Source of the DNA: Eledone cirrhosa | Taxonomy: Eukaryota | DNA: 64,000 nucleotides | Direction: 5' to 3' | Assembly (NCBI GenBank): GCA_964016885.1 | Contig: OZ024762.1 | Coordinates: forward strand, 28,024,001-28,088,000 | Part shown: positions 28,476 through 41,880 of the stretch, in pieces | How the letters are laid out: every line of letters starts with the position of its first letter | How positions within the stretch are numbered: position 1 is the stretch's first letter | Made by a program: the position numbers and the translations under genes | The notes under the pieces: model-generated | The model's database searches: none | What the model was told of the DNA's origin: nothing | Seen by the model: only the letters and a program-made list of their open reading frames with translations

Positions 28476-29466
28476 GTATATATATATATGTATATATATA
28501 TATATGTATATATATATATGTATATATATATATATGTATATATATATATGTATATATATATATATGTATATATATATATGTATATATATGTATATATGTA
28601 TATATATATATGTATATATATATATGTATATATATATATGTATATATATATATGTATATATATATATGTATATATGTATATGTATATATGTATATATGTA
28701 TATGTATATATGTATATATATATATGTATATATATATATGTATATATATATGTATGTATATATGTATATATATGTGTATATATATATGTGTATATATATA
28801 TGTATATAAATATATGTGTATATATGTATATGTATATGTATATGTGTATATGTATATATGTATATGTATATATGTATATGTATATGTATATATGTATATG
28901 TATATGTATATATGTATATGTATATATGTATATGTATATATGTATATGTATATATGTATATGTATATATGTATATGTATATATATATATGTATATATATA
29001 TATATGTATATATGTATATATATATATGTATATGTATATGTATATGCATATATATGTATATATATATATATGTATATATCCTAGAAACGATATATATATA
29101 TATGTGTATGTATATATATATGTGTGTATGTATATATATATATATGTGTGTATGTATATATATATGTATGTATATATATATATATGTGTGTATGTATATA
29201 TATATATATGTATGTATATATATATATATGTATATATATATATGTATATATATATATATGTATATATATGTATATATATGTATATATCCTAGAAACGATA
29301 TATATATATATGTGTATGTATATATATATATATATGTGTGTATGTATATATATATATATATATGTGTGTATGTATATATATATATATATATGTGTGTATG
29401 TATATATATATATATATATGTTTATGTATATATATATATATGTGTATGTATATATGTATGTATATA
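27785..29466. repeat. (TA)n/(TATG) microsatellite with three embedded tcctagaaacga motifs
   Basis: Read directly from the sequence. Motifs near 27866, 29079 and 29287. Confidence 0.9.
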
Positions 29467-29995
29467 TGGGTGACTTTGGACATCCTGCAGGACTAAAAAC
29501 AAAACCTGTCAAAGGGCAAAGGAGCTCTTAAGAGTCACTGTCCATCCAAAATCACCGGGAGAGATGACCCCTCAGCCTTTGTCAAGGCAGAATTCTAGGA
29601 GAAGGAAAACTCTGATATAACACCTGCAACCCTGATGGTATCCAATGATGGTGACTTGTTCTTCTTTTTGGTAAATAGCATCTTGGTTAAGAGAGTGGGA
29701 CTGGCTTTGTGCAGTGCCTTTGCTCACTATAAAAGCTTCACGGCACAGGCATTGCTTTATATCTGGAGATCTCTCTGCACTTGTCCTCACATGGGCCCAG
29801 CACTATGTGTCAATAATTGTCCTACCATGGGCCTAGCACTATGTGTCAATAATTGTCACAGGTGTAGTGTTTGTACCAGAGGTTTCAAGTCGCTGGCTGG
29901 ACTAAAAAGTCAAACTCGTTCAGCGCTTCGGTAGGGGTTATCCTACATGGATGTAAAGTAGTGGCCGTACTCGAAAACGAGTTGGCAGCCACCAT
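29467..29995 (+). mobile_element. Non-autonomous RTE-derived element (copy 1)
   Basis: Near identical to 32117-32610. It ends with a C2H2-like remnant (CSVCTRGFKSLAGLKS) and gagttggcagccaccat. Confidence 0.7.
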
Positions 29996-30542
29996 ATATA
30001 TATATGTATATATATACACACACATACAGGGTGTCCAAAACATGTATGGACACTATAGTTAGAATACTGTTGGAGTGAGTATGCATTATTTGGGAGAACC
30101 CACTTTGTATATTTATATATATATCGTTTTATTATTCATTAATTCTGGCAGCCGTTTTAGACACAATAAGTGTCGGTTTAGACCTAGGTCAGATCATCCT
30201 ATTACGATGCGATATGAGGGAGTTTTGCTTACTCTGTCTGTCTATCTATCTACCCCAGTCTGTGTGTGCTTGTCTATATAAACCACAATGCAAATGGGAC
30301 AACAATCGTTTCAAATATGTCTTTGGGGTCGATAAAAAAAAGTGCCAGTTATGCACTGGGATAATTGCAGGCGTGGTGCCAAAAGTAGAAATTATATTTT
30401 GATGTCCGATTCATAAACACCATTTTCTATTTTACAGTATATTACAAGCAAATTATAACGCCCCCGTATATATATATATATATATTATACACATACGGGG
30501 GCGTTATATATATGCATATGAAAAGATTCAGGATCCCCTCTG

Positions 30543-30826
<284 letters not shown>

Positions 30827-30925
30827 TGTGTATATATTCTTATTCTCACTCTATTTTAAGCTACACACACACACACACATAAATATGATAAATATATCTG
30901 TGTATATATATATATATATATATAT

Positions 30926-31739
30926 AAAGTTAGTCCTTCAGTGATCTTCCAACCATCATTGGTATTTCATCGCTTTAAAGACCATATACCTCCGGTTGGT
31001 ACGAGCAGCGGCTAAAGAAAGTCGTTGGGACACGTAAATAAGGGGAACGAGCGAGAGTGTAAACAAACAAAGATGGTGAAGCAACGAAAAGTGAGGAAGA
31101 AAGAGTCAAGTCCCAGATTTCCATGAATATAAGTTCGGTGAAATCGTGAACGAGAGAGAATAAAGACCATCAAACCTGGTTGAAATGTGAGCAAGGAAGG
31201 AATTCCGCACAGGTCTAACGAGAGGAAGAAGGGGTCTAGTCCGTGAATTCGGTGAACATAAGTTCTGTGAAATCGTAGTCGAGAGAGAGAAAAGGGGAAC
31301 CAGCCTGGTCAAGCGTGCGAGAGAAAAGAATTACGCACAGCTCAAACGGGAGGAAGTAGGAGGAGGATAGGTAGTAACAGAGAGTGAGTGAGTGAAGGGT
31401 GAGGAAGAGGCTAACAGAGAGAGTGACTGTTAGAGAGGGTAAAGATAAAGAGGAAGCAGTAAGAACGAAATAGACGGGTCACGACGGGTGAAAATATGTG
31501 TGAATATGAGAACAAACGTGCTGCGTTGTTGCAAATGGGTTACATATGAATAAAGTTAGTCCTTCATCAGTGATCTTCAAACCATCATTGGTATTTCATC
31601 GCTTTAAAGACCATATACCCCCGGTTGGTGCGAGCAACGGCTAAAGAAAGTCGTTGGGACATGTAAATAAGGGGAACGAGCGAGAGTGTAAACAAACAAA
31701 GATGGTGAAGCAACGAAAAGTGAAGTCAAGTCCCAGATT
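30926..31739. repeat. ~810 bp unit with ~190 bp terminal direct repeats
   Basis: 30926-31119 matches 31552-31739 (aaagttagtccttca...gtcaagtcccagatt). TA repeats flank the unit. Confidence 0.8.
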
Positions 31740-31871
31740 ATATATATAAGCAAAAGGGATATTCAATTTGTTGGTATTTCAACAAATATAAATGTTTATA
31801 ACCGATTCAGAGCACTCGACAGATTTTCTGGAGTATAATATTCAATGATTTTTCCATTTATTTAATATCAT

Positions 31872-31917
<46 letters not shown>

Positions 31918-32029
31918 ATCTCTTTCTCTTAATTTCGAGTTTATTTTTTTGACCGGCCACCTTCCTGGTGTCAAGGTTGTAAAAGAAAAGAAATTGTCAT
32001 CCCTTGAATCGCAAGAATGTTTTGTATGT

Positions 32030-32610
32030 GGGTGTGGGTGGGTGGACGGACGGACGGCCGGGCGGGCGGGTCGTTGGCGACTAAACTGGCAACCCCACCA
32101 AGGTTTCTTGGTGAGGAGGGTGACTTTGGACATCCTGCAGGACTAAAAACAAAACCTGTCAAAGGGCAAAGGAGCTCTTAAGAGTCAATGGCCATCCAAA
32201 ATCACCGGGAGAGATCACCCCTTAGCCTTTGTCAAGGCAGAATTCTAGAAGGAAAACTCTGATATAACACCTGCAACCCTGATGGTATCCAATGATGTTG
32301 ACTTCTTCTTTTTGGTAAATATCATCTTGGTTAAGAGAGTGGGACTGGCTTTGTGCAGTGCCTTTGCTCACTATAAAAAGCTTCACGGCACATGCATTAC
32401 TTTATATCTGGAGATCTCTCTGCACTTGTCGTCACATGGTACCATGGACCCAGTACTGTGTCAATAATTGTCACAAGTGTAGTGTTTGTACCAGAGTTTT
32501 CAAGTCGCTGGCTGGACTAAAAAGTCACACTCGTTCAGCGCATCGGTAGGAGTTCTCCTACATGGATATAAAGTAGTGGCCGTACTCGAAAACGAGTTGG
32601 CAGCCACCAT
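32030..32610 (+). mobile_element. Non-autonomous RTE-derived element (copy 2) between ~117 bp direct repeats
   Basis: C2H2 remnant HKCSVCTRVFKSLAGLKSHTRSAH. Flanks 31909-32024 and 32609-32726 are duplicated. The head sequence also occurs at ~44170-44200 (-). Confidence 0.72.
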
Positions 32611-32736
32611 GTATGTTATCTCTTTCTCTTAATTTCGAGTATATTTTTTTGACCGGCCACCTTCCTGGTGTGGCAAGGTTGTAAATGAAAAGAAATTGTC
32701 ATCCCTTGAATCGCAAGAATGTTTTGCAAATTTTGA

Positions 32737-32767
<31 letters not shown>

Positions 32768-33232
32768 CGAGTGCTCTGAATCGGTTATAAACATTTATAA
32801 ATTGTTGAATTTCCAACAAATTAAATATCCCTTCTATCTTATATATATCAAGATATCGGGTTATGTTGTTATGTGATGTTATTAGAACAATTAAAAACGG
32901 TTTAAGGAACCACCGTGTCTATTTATATAGCAGCATATAATGTTTTTATGTCGCTGAACCTTTAAAAATATCGAATACAACTTGCATCATCACATCTGTG
33001 TGCTGGAATTATGGTATATGATGGTATCTGTTGAGAACGAATTACTGCGTGTCTGTATCATATGATAAATTAGCTATAAACACTCGCTACACATTCAACA
33101 ACACATATTATAATGTTAACGTGTGTGTGTGTACACACACACACGCACACGCACACGCACACGCACACACGCACACACTAGTACATCTCAACTCGTCAAC
33201 TATAAGTGCTTAACGCGCGCGTCTATATATAT

Positions 33233-33430
33233 CTAGGAACAAATAGGACCCCGACGGCTGAGCTCAAGCCGTTTCGACGGCTAATTCTGGACTCCAGAAT
33301 TAGCCGTCGAAACAGCTTGAGTCCAGCCGTCGGGGTCCTATTTGTTCCTATTACCCACTCTACTACCCTAAGTATTGAGTATTTTGGTGCGTTATGGTCC
33401 ATCTGGTTCCTTACCACATTTCCTTCGTTA
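33233..33430 (-). repeat. Hairpin-terminated repeat, copy 2 of the 1278 family
   Basis: ~117 bp near-perfect palindrome followed by the shared box ccactctactaccctaagtattgagta. Confidence 0.8.
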
Positions 33431-33869
33431 TATATATATCTCCTTATAATATATAACCAGCAATTTCTCTGTTTGTCTATCTGTCTGTCCGACAGTGGAA
33501 ACACGTGCGCGCGTGCGAATGTTTTTTGCGCACGCGTAGAGAGAGAGAGGGTGAGAGTGAAAGAAAGAGACAGACTACGAGAGGCGGAGAGAGAGAGAGG
33601 GAAACACGTGCGCGCGTGCGAATGTTTTTTGCACACGCGTAGAGAGTGAGAGTGAAAGAAAGAGACATACTACAAGAGGGGGATAGCGGGAGGGGGGGAA
33701 TTGAGGAGTGCTACAGAAACATATATACATTTCTGTGTGTGTGTGTAATATATATATATACACACACAGAAATATATATATATACACACAGAAATATATA
33801 TACATTTCTGTGTGTGTAATATATATATATATACTAGCAGAAAACCGACTACGGGTGGTTTTCTGCTAG

Positions 33870-34765
33870 TCTATATATATATAAAACTGAGGATGCCTGT
33901 CTGTGTGTGTGTGAGTTCGAATCCCTAAAACTCGAGAACCACCCAACCGACTGTTTTCAAACGTTACACATGTAATACTTATGTTTCAGGGAGTGTTCTG
34001 AGCAAAAGAAATTTCAAATTTTCAATGCCCTAGGGACCACAATAGGCGATTTAGCGATCTCGCTCTATAATTCTTAGTCTCTCTTTTTAGATAGATACGT
34101 CGCGCCCTTATAATATCTATTGCATTACGTCACTTCCCCGAGGATGTCTCTTTGTGTGTGTGTTTGAATCCCTAAAATTCGAGAAGTACCCAACCGATTT
34201 TTTTCAAACTTTACATGCGTATTACTTATGTTTCAGGGAGTGTTATGCACATAAAAAAATTCAACTTTTTTTTTTTATCTCCTAGGGCCCGCATTAGGTG
34301 GAAAACGGCGTTTTAAAACATTTTTAGGGGTTTTTGAGGCGTTACGTCAGACCGATTTCCTTGAAATTGTAACTATGTATTAGTCAGTCTCTTCTTCATA
34401 CCGTAAGCAAAGAAAATCCAACTTTCTTATGGCCTAGGGCCCGCATTAGGGGAAAAACTTCATTTTTTTCAGCTTCTTAGGGCTTTTTGGAGGCGTTACG
34501 TCTAGCCGATTTTCCCGAAATTTCAAGGCATATTATGCACACAAAAAAAAATTCATTTTCTTGATCCCCTAGGGCCCCGCATTAGGTGAAAACCTGCATT
34601 TTTCCTGCTTCATCGAGGAAAATCTTAAAGATTATCCAGCCATCAGAGTATTCGGTTTATTTTCTTTACATATTGTCCAGGCATGCATTTTTTCCACAAT
34701 TAGGTCTGTTGGCGGCTCGCGTTCCAAAATACCTTATCCCGTGCAACGCCGGGTACCACTGCTAG
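33870..34765 (+). mobile_element. Non-autonomous Helitron
   Basis: 5' TCtatatatatataaaactgaggatg, similar to the 60377 end. 3' hairpin cccgtgcaacgccggg followed by CTAG-t. Internal subrepeats. Confidence 0.8.
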
Positions 34766-35484
34766 TATATATATATATTTCTATTCTATTCTAGGGCGGG
34801 TAAAATTCCCGAGATCCATGGACGAGTCCTCTCCAGCGGTCTCTGTCCTTCATTATCGCTGCCATGTCCTGCGTCTCCAACAGACCAGTGTCTGTCCTTA
34901 GGGCATCAACATACGTTAACCTTATATATATATATATATATAGATATATAAAATTAAAACACAGAAAACAATACCACATTCTTGTACAAATGTGTGTGTA
35001 TCCACACTTTTATTGGAATGCTGTTGAAGTGTGTATACAATTTTTAGGGACACCCTGGATTACATATAGTAGTTGTAGTGTACCTGAGCACTACGCAATA
35101 ATTTTCATTATTATCATGTCTGTGTATGTATATATTTATATGATCGTCTTAGGTACATTGTGTTCGTATAATTTTATTGTTTATAATTCTTACAGAATGA
35201 AAATATAAACACATATAATACAATTAATACTTCATAGTTGCACAAACATTACTACAAATGTCCAGAAGCCGATCATATATGTAGCATTGAAGGAATATAT
35301 CTTTCATTATATCATCCTTTGTAGTGTGACCGAGGAATTTGTAATGTTATTCTACTGTAAATTTATTTATATGCTGTTTATATTTTCATTCTGAAGGAAT
35401 TGCAAACGATTTGTAGTAATGTTTGTGCAACTATGAAGTATTAATTGTATTATATGTGCTTATATTTTCATTCTGTAAGATGGT

Positions 35485-35542
<58 letters not shown>

Positions 35543-35650
35543 ACCATCTTTTGATCTTATATTATTTATACTCCAGTCCTATAAACTGTAGAGTGCTACC
35601 TATCCGATATTTGCATTATCCGATATTTGCTACAATAAAACTCACCTCCT

Positions 35651-35699
<49 letters not shown>

Positions 35700-36085
35700 T
35701 CTTATGGACATGTGTTGGTATATTATATATATATATATGATGGTCTTATGGACAGGTGTTGGTAAATATTAATGTTGTTTAATAGGTTCTGAAGAGATTA
35801 ATATAGCAGCAATGAATATTCTTGCGGTTTTACTCGAAACGTTCGGTTTATCAATTAAATTATTTAAACTAATTCGAATCCTGGTAATTTCTTTATCTAT
35901 CTATCTACCTATGCATATACGAGTTAAATTCTACACGTAATAAGTATTTTGTAGAACCATGTGAATGTTTGTGTGCGTGTATATTTATTTATTTAGCTAG
36001 CTTTTCCCCGCCAAATGCTACCGTTACTCCATAATTCCGAACAATAAATAATAAAACTCTATTAAGAGCTTCTTTGTTGATAATG

Positions 36086-36136
<51 letters not shown>

Positions 36137-36291
36137 ATGTGTCTCTACATAAATTTGTACACACCGACAATCAAATATATATCTATATACATATACACTG
36201 TGTGTCTGTGTATATAGATTCGCGTACAATCACAATAGACCCATATATTACACCAAACACACACACATATATATTTATATATATGTATATA

Positions 36292-36322
<31 letters not shown>

Positions 36323-36696
36323 CTCTGTATATACACGCCCACTTCCTTAAAGAAGCTCCGTGACCGATTATGGTACTTTTCAACATAACTACGTCCTTCA
36401 CATCATCACACATATATAAATATATGTATATATGTGTCTGTGTATAATATGGGACAGGCCCGTCTGGAACGTCTTTAATCGTAAGTGTGCTCTACCTAAT
36501 CTAACCTAGCGCTAAGCAATAACAACGTGGACACCTTACATTTTTATGGGTCTGTGTGTATATATATATATATATATACACACCCATAAAAATATATATA
36601 TATTTATATTTATTTATTTGTGTGTGGTTGTTGTATTATATGGATCTATATTATGTTTGCTTTTGATTGTACGTGAATCTAGACACACACATCGTG

Positions 36697-36743
<47 letters not shown>

Positions 36744-37169
36744 AGAATAGGAATAGCTGTGTAGTTGATATTTAAGGTAGCTTAAAATGGAGTGAGAAAG
36801 CAAGAACGGGGGGGGGGGGGGGGTTACCTCATCAGTTGTCTATTGAGGGTCTCAGATATTTCTACGCTTTAAAGACATATATGATTGTCGGTGTGTATAA
36901 ATTTGTGCATATATGTGTATGTATGTATGTATGTATATATATATATGTGTGTCTGTGTGTGTGTGTATATATATATGTGTGTATACGATTGTGTGATTTT
37001 TGGTATATATATAAATGTATGTAGACAAAAATATATACACATTTTGTGCAGTATAGGCAAAGCGGAAGTGAAACGAAATGGGTGTATGATTGACTGAACA
37101 CATAAATCTATGTAAACATTCACATTCTGTGTTTGTATCTACCTTATATATATATATAAATATATATAT

Positions 37170-37600
37170 GTAGAAGTTATATTTAATTTGTTGGGATACA
37201 ACAAGCAAATATTTTTAGAACTGGTATAAAGCACTCAACAAATTATTGGAGTAAAAATACGATATATTAACAAATGGAAACTATATTTATAAAACCATAT
37301 TTATTTCATTATACATATTTCAAGGACACCAAGTCAAATTATATATATATTAATTCAAAATATTAATAAATATAGACATTCATGTAATCAAATATATTTT
37401 ATTATATATATTTCGGAGGTACTGTGCTGTTTCCTCAGTACGTCCTCATCAGATAAAATATATAAATTGATGTATGACATACCTCAACTGTGCTGATAGT
37501 TCAATTCCAGTCTTTAATATATACTCCAATTCTACCAACTGTTGAGTGCTACTTATCTGATATATGCATAGTTTTATTGTTCTACAATATTACTCACCTT
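37170..37600 (-). mobile_element. Putative PLE pLTR remnant with hammerhead
   Basis: Contains the canonical hammerhead at 37392-37463. Its terminal segment resembles 31745-31860, 32765-32845 and 44475-44640. Confidence 0.55.
37392..37463 (-). ncRNA. Canonical type I hammerhead ribozyme
   Basis: atatattttat CTGATGA ggacgtactg-aggaaacagca-cagtacctcc GAAA tatata TA ataaaatatat. Stem I is 11 bp, stem II is 9/10 paired and stem III is palindromic. Confidence 0.88.
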
Positions 37601-37620
37601 CTACATATATATATATATAT

Positions 37621-37808
37621 ATAGGAAAATGTTCAAGGCCCCGACGGCAGAGCTCAAGCCGTTTCGACGGCTATATCTGGACTCCAGAATAGAGTCCAGA
37701 AATAGCCGTCGGGGTCTTGAATATTTTCCTATTACCCACTCTACTACCCTAAGTATTGAGTACTCTGGTGCGTTAGGGTCCATCTGGTTCCTTACCACAC
37801 TTCCTTCG

Positions 37809-37811
<3 letters not shown>
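37621..37811 (-). repeat. Hairpin-terminated repeat, copy 3 of the 1278 family
   Basis: Inverted arms ataggaaaatgttcaaggccccgacggc / gccgtcggggtcttgaatattttcctat plus the shared box. Confidence 0.8.
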
Positions 37812-37847
<36 letters not shown>

Positions 37848-37854
37848 GTATACA

Positions 37855-38130
37855 CTGAGGATGAAAAACTCCCAAAAGTCAGCTCAAAAGTGACACAGAG
37901 GAGACTGAGGTTAGCTGGACATGCTCACCGACATCCAGAGTTGACACTGCACTTAGTGCTCCTGTGGGACCCCCTGCATGGACACACTGAAAGATTAAAA
38001 CCAAGGTTAACATATGTTGATGCCCCTAAGGACAGACACTGGTCTGTTGGAGACGCAGGACACGGCAGCGATAATGAGCGACAGAGACCGCTCGAGAGAA
38101 CTCGTCTTCGGAAATTTTACCTGCCCTAGA
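37855..38130 (+). mobile_element. RTE-type LINE 3' fragment (second family)
   Basis: QRRLRLAGHAHRHPEL...PRLTYVD. Shorter minus-strand copies lie at 34791-34922 and 38911-38958. Confidence 0.7.
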
Positions 38131-38170
38131 TAGATATATAATGTATGAATATATGTGTGTATGTGTATAT

Positions 38171-38201
<31 letters not shown>

Positions 38202-38759
38202 AATCTAAATGGCGAGCTGTGTTGTTGCAATTAAGTATAATGAAAAATTAGAAATTGTCTACTAGGCATCATAGGTATTTCTTCGTGTTAGAGACAAGAT
38301 ACCTCAGCCTAGGGCGATTCAATAACTAAAATAAGTTATTGGAATAAAAAGAAGTGGGTGGAGAAAGAAAGACATGTAAACAGACACGAAGGGTGAAGCA
38401 ACGTAAGGAGAGGAAAATTAGGAAAAGTATCAAGTCAAATATTCTATACATATATATAAAACTGTAGTTGTCCTCATTTTTGCAGTCTATATAAATCCAC
38501 ATTTCTACCCCGATTGACTTCAAACTTGCATTTATATATTCCTTGCGGTCTAAAGATATTAATTGCAGCTTTTATTTTTCAATTTTCTGTTAAAGGAGTG
38601 TTAGGTGCTGGTTATCGATCTGTGTGCCTGGCTGTCTGCATAACGACATTATGACCAACACATCATTGCTGACATATTATCTTCGCCACATTCTCACACA
38701 CACACATATACATATATATATACATATATATACACATATATACATATATACACACATAT

Positions 38760-38816
<57 letters not shown>

Positions 38817-39134
38817 CATATACAAACACATATACACATATATAGACACACATATATATACACATATACTTAGATGTATTTTTATGTGTATATTTATATA
38901 TATCTGTCTATCTAGGGCGGGTAATATTCCTGAGATCCATGGACAAGTTCTCTCCAGCGTGGGTTTTGGCCATGTAAAAAAGGTTATAACAAGAAGATAG
39001 AAATATCAAAAAATTCAAAAATTCCGCAATAGGGAGGAAACTTCCGAGGGTCACTCGTGGCGAAAACAACACAAAAGACCACACCCACCCTGACCACCAG
39101 GGCAAGCGCCTTCGCTGTTTTCCACTCCTCAGTC

Positions 39135-39684
39135 TACAGGCACATAATCAGAGCGGGCCTGGTCAAGCGCCGGAAATGTCCAGATGCTAGGCACCGCTCT
39201 CAAGGAATATGAAGCAGTGACGGGAGCAAAATTAAACCAGGAAAAGTCGGTGGGCTTGCAGCTCGGGACCTGGAGAGGCAAGTCCATGCCGCCCAACAGC
39301 GCCGTGGAGCGCTGGACGGAAGGACCAGTTAAATTTGTTGGGGTCTGGTTCGGTCCAGACCTCCAGATGGAGAAAACCTGGAGTGAGATGACAAACAGGG
39401 TGGCCTCTCTCACCCAGAAATGGGCCGAGAGGAAGCTGTCCCTGAAAGGTCGGGCAGAGGTGGCGAATGCGTTCATCGCATCCGTCATCTGCTACCGCCT
39501 AACCGTTGTGCCTTGCCTCGGCTCAACTCTGACAAAAATAGAGGGCCTGCTCTTCCGCTTTTTATGGAAGGGACGTGCTCCCATGGTCAGACGATCCATC
39601 TGCTGTCAACACCCATTGCGTGGAGGGCTGGGCATCCCGTGGCTGATGATGCGCAAACACGCTCTGAGGCTGCCAAACAGATAA
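39135..39684 (+). pseudogene. L1/Tx1-type LINE RT fragment
   Basis: YEAVTGAKLNQEKS, VKFVGVWFG, W..RKLSLKGR and RGGLGIP, typical of the L1/Tx1 post-catalytic region. Confidence 0.78.
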
Positions 39685-40123
39685 TGGAATCAGATAAGGT
39701 AAAATGAAGAAATAAAATATCTGTTTGGCACCCCCACCACGTGAAAGGGTGGTAGGATTGAATCCAACCCACACACTCATTCTTCTAAAGACAGCAGCAG
39801 TAGAACTAAGGCTGACCTGCCAGCTGACCCCCCTAAGACGAATAAACACAAGGGAGGGGGTCAGCTGTACTTAACGAAAACAACCACAACTGATTGTCTT
39901 GCCTCAGGAAAAAATTTCTATAGACATTTGACTGAGGAATGTTCTCACAACTGACCAATGGGAGGAGAGAGTGTCCTATGATGCCGAAAATCGTTTGTTC
40001 GAATTCATATGATTCTAGTTCCTCAGAGAAATAACAACCCAACCAGGAGCTGGACATATCAGAGTATTGACGGAGTAAAACACTTTAACAACATGTGTAC
40101 CTGTCTCTACCACACCAATTCGG

Positions 40124-40178
40124 ACTGCCTGAAGAGGTCACAGCTAATGATGGCTGTCACCGAAATATATATAGCAGT
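40124..40178 (+). ncRNA. Minimal type I hammerhead ribozyme
   Basis: actgc CTGAAGA ggtcacagc-taatgatg-gctgtcacc GAAA tatata TA gcagt. Confidence 0.85.
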
Positions 40179-40249
40179 ACATCTTTAATAAACGAAGCCA
40201 AATCTTAAATATTTGACTTAATAACTTTATTTTACATTACTCTGGAGTA

Positions 40250-40962
40250 ACCTTGCATGCTCTGCTGGATGTGTAATAGCAATATATGTGAACGGCAAAG
40301 CATAAACGAACTAAGGGAGAAATTAGGAATAAGAGGGTCAGATGCTGTTTACTCAAGAGAAGACTACGTTGGTAAGGTCACGTGATGCGCATGCAAGACG
40401 ACAGCTGTATAAAAAAGTGCAGGGCGATAAAAATAGACGGTAGCCACGGAGTAGGCAGACCCAGAAAATCCTGGGATGACTTGATAAATTCCGACCTCAC
40501 ACACTTACACCTCTCCAAGACAATGTCACTGGACCGAGATCTTTGGCGCTACACAGTAATACAGAAGACCCGCCTTGCCTAAGTACAAAGCGAAACCTAC
40601 AGTCAGCAGGCACTTCTAACAAAAATACACCCCCGTCCCACTACCCCCACCCCATCCACACCACCCCTTTCAATGTAAAGTTATGTTGGTACCACAATAT
40701 CCAGTCCGAAACAAATGAGGTCGTGTAGGTGTCTCGACAAAAAAAACACAGTCCACGCTGTAATGTGGCCTTGTAGGTAACACGGTAAAAACCTCCCAGT
40801 CCACACTGTAAATGTGGTTGGTGTTAGGAAGGGCATCCAGCTGTAGAAAACCTGCCAGACAGTCCTATACGAACAAGACAACCAATCTTGCCTCAAGTGG
40901 GAAAATTCCCGTCCAAACCCATGCAAGCGTGGAAGATGGACGTTAAACGATGATGATGATGA
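40250..40962 (+). mobile_element. RTE LINE 3' fragment (same family as copies 1 and 2)
   Basis: MRMQDDSCIKKCRAIKIDG..GRPRKSW, followed by the 3' UTR and a (GAT)n tail. Confidence 0.92.
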
Positions 40963-41017
40963 TAACCAAACCAATCTGCATACTGAGGTGTCGGTAAACA
41001 ACCAACATATACTCAAA

Positions 41018-41065
<48 letters not shown>

Positions 41066-41619
41066 TTAATGCATATAGGTGTGTGTGTGTATAAATATAT
41101 ATATATATATCTATATATATATATAGATATATATATATATAGATATATATATATATCAGACCTGTCAACTCTCCCACCCACTTTGAGGTGGGTGGGAGAT
41201 GTCTTTTGTGAAAATGGATATAGCTTTTTTTTATGTAAAACTTCCCCCATTTTGCTTCATTTTTGCTTGGGGCACTTTTTTTCAAGGTACTCCTCGTTGG
41301 GTTTTTAGAGGTTGGCAGGTCTGAAGAGATGTCAACATGAATGGACCTGATATTTTTATCTAAAGACATTTTTTCCAATTCCACCCAGCCCGTCCCCTCA
41401 ATCTATATTATTTCTCATTCTTTCTTCTGATGAAGGACTAGCATCGGAAACGTTAAGACCCTCTTCCTGCTATTTCAAGTGTTAACCTAATATATTCCTT
41501 CCATATACTGTACCGATTGTGGTGTTATTTCTGTTTACATGTATATATACATACATGTGTATATATGTATGTGTGTGTGTATATATGTATGTGTGTGTGT
41601 ATATATGTATATATATATA

Positions 41620-41750
41620 TATAGGGTTCACAAAAATGTATACATACTTCAACAGCATTCTAATAAAAGTGTATACAACTTTAGGGACACCCTATATATA
41701 TATATATACACACACACACATATATATATATATGTGTGTGTGTGTGTCTG

Positions 41751-41784
<34 letters not shown>

Positions 41785-41880
41785 CACACACACACATGTA
41801 TATATACAGCGTGTCTCTAAAATGTATACACACTTCAACTACATTGTAATCAGTATGTATACATTTTTAGGGACACCCTT
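41620..41880. mobile_element. Two tiny (~70 bp) Tc1/mariner-type MITEs
   Basis: Imperfect cagggtgtc...gggacaccct inverted ends in TA context. Similar remnants near 30025-30100 and 34985-35057. Confidence 0.55.

Noticed and set aside
32060-32175. HDV-like ribozyme in the RTE-derived head
   Set aside because: Such ribozymes are known in RTE 5' UTRs, but I could not build the nested double pseudoknot by eye.
35783-35852. Hammerhead-like CTGAAGA...GAAAcgttc (+)
   Set aside because: Stem I needs four consecutive G-U pairs, so it is not called as a feature.
38262-38312. Hammerhead-like motif ctagg CTGAGGT...GAAA...cctag (-)
   Set aside because: A9 is altered, stem III is broken and G is at the cleavage site. 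Kept only as a degenerate relic.
41423-41458. Hammerhead-like tctt CTGATGA...GAAA cgtt aaga (+)
   Set aside because: The core and stem I are present but stem II pairs poorly. A probable relic only.
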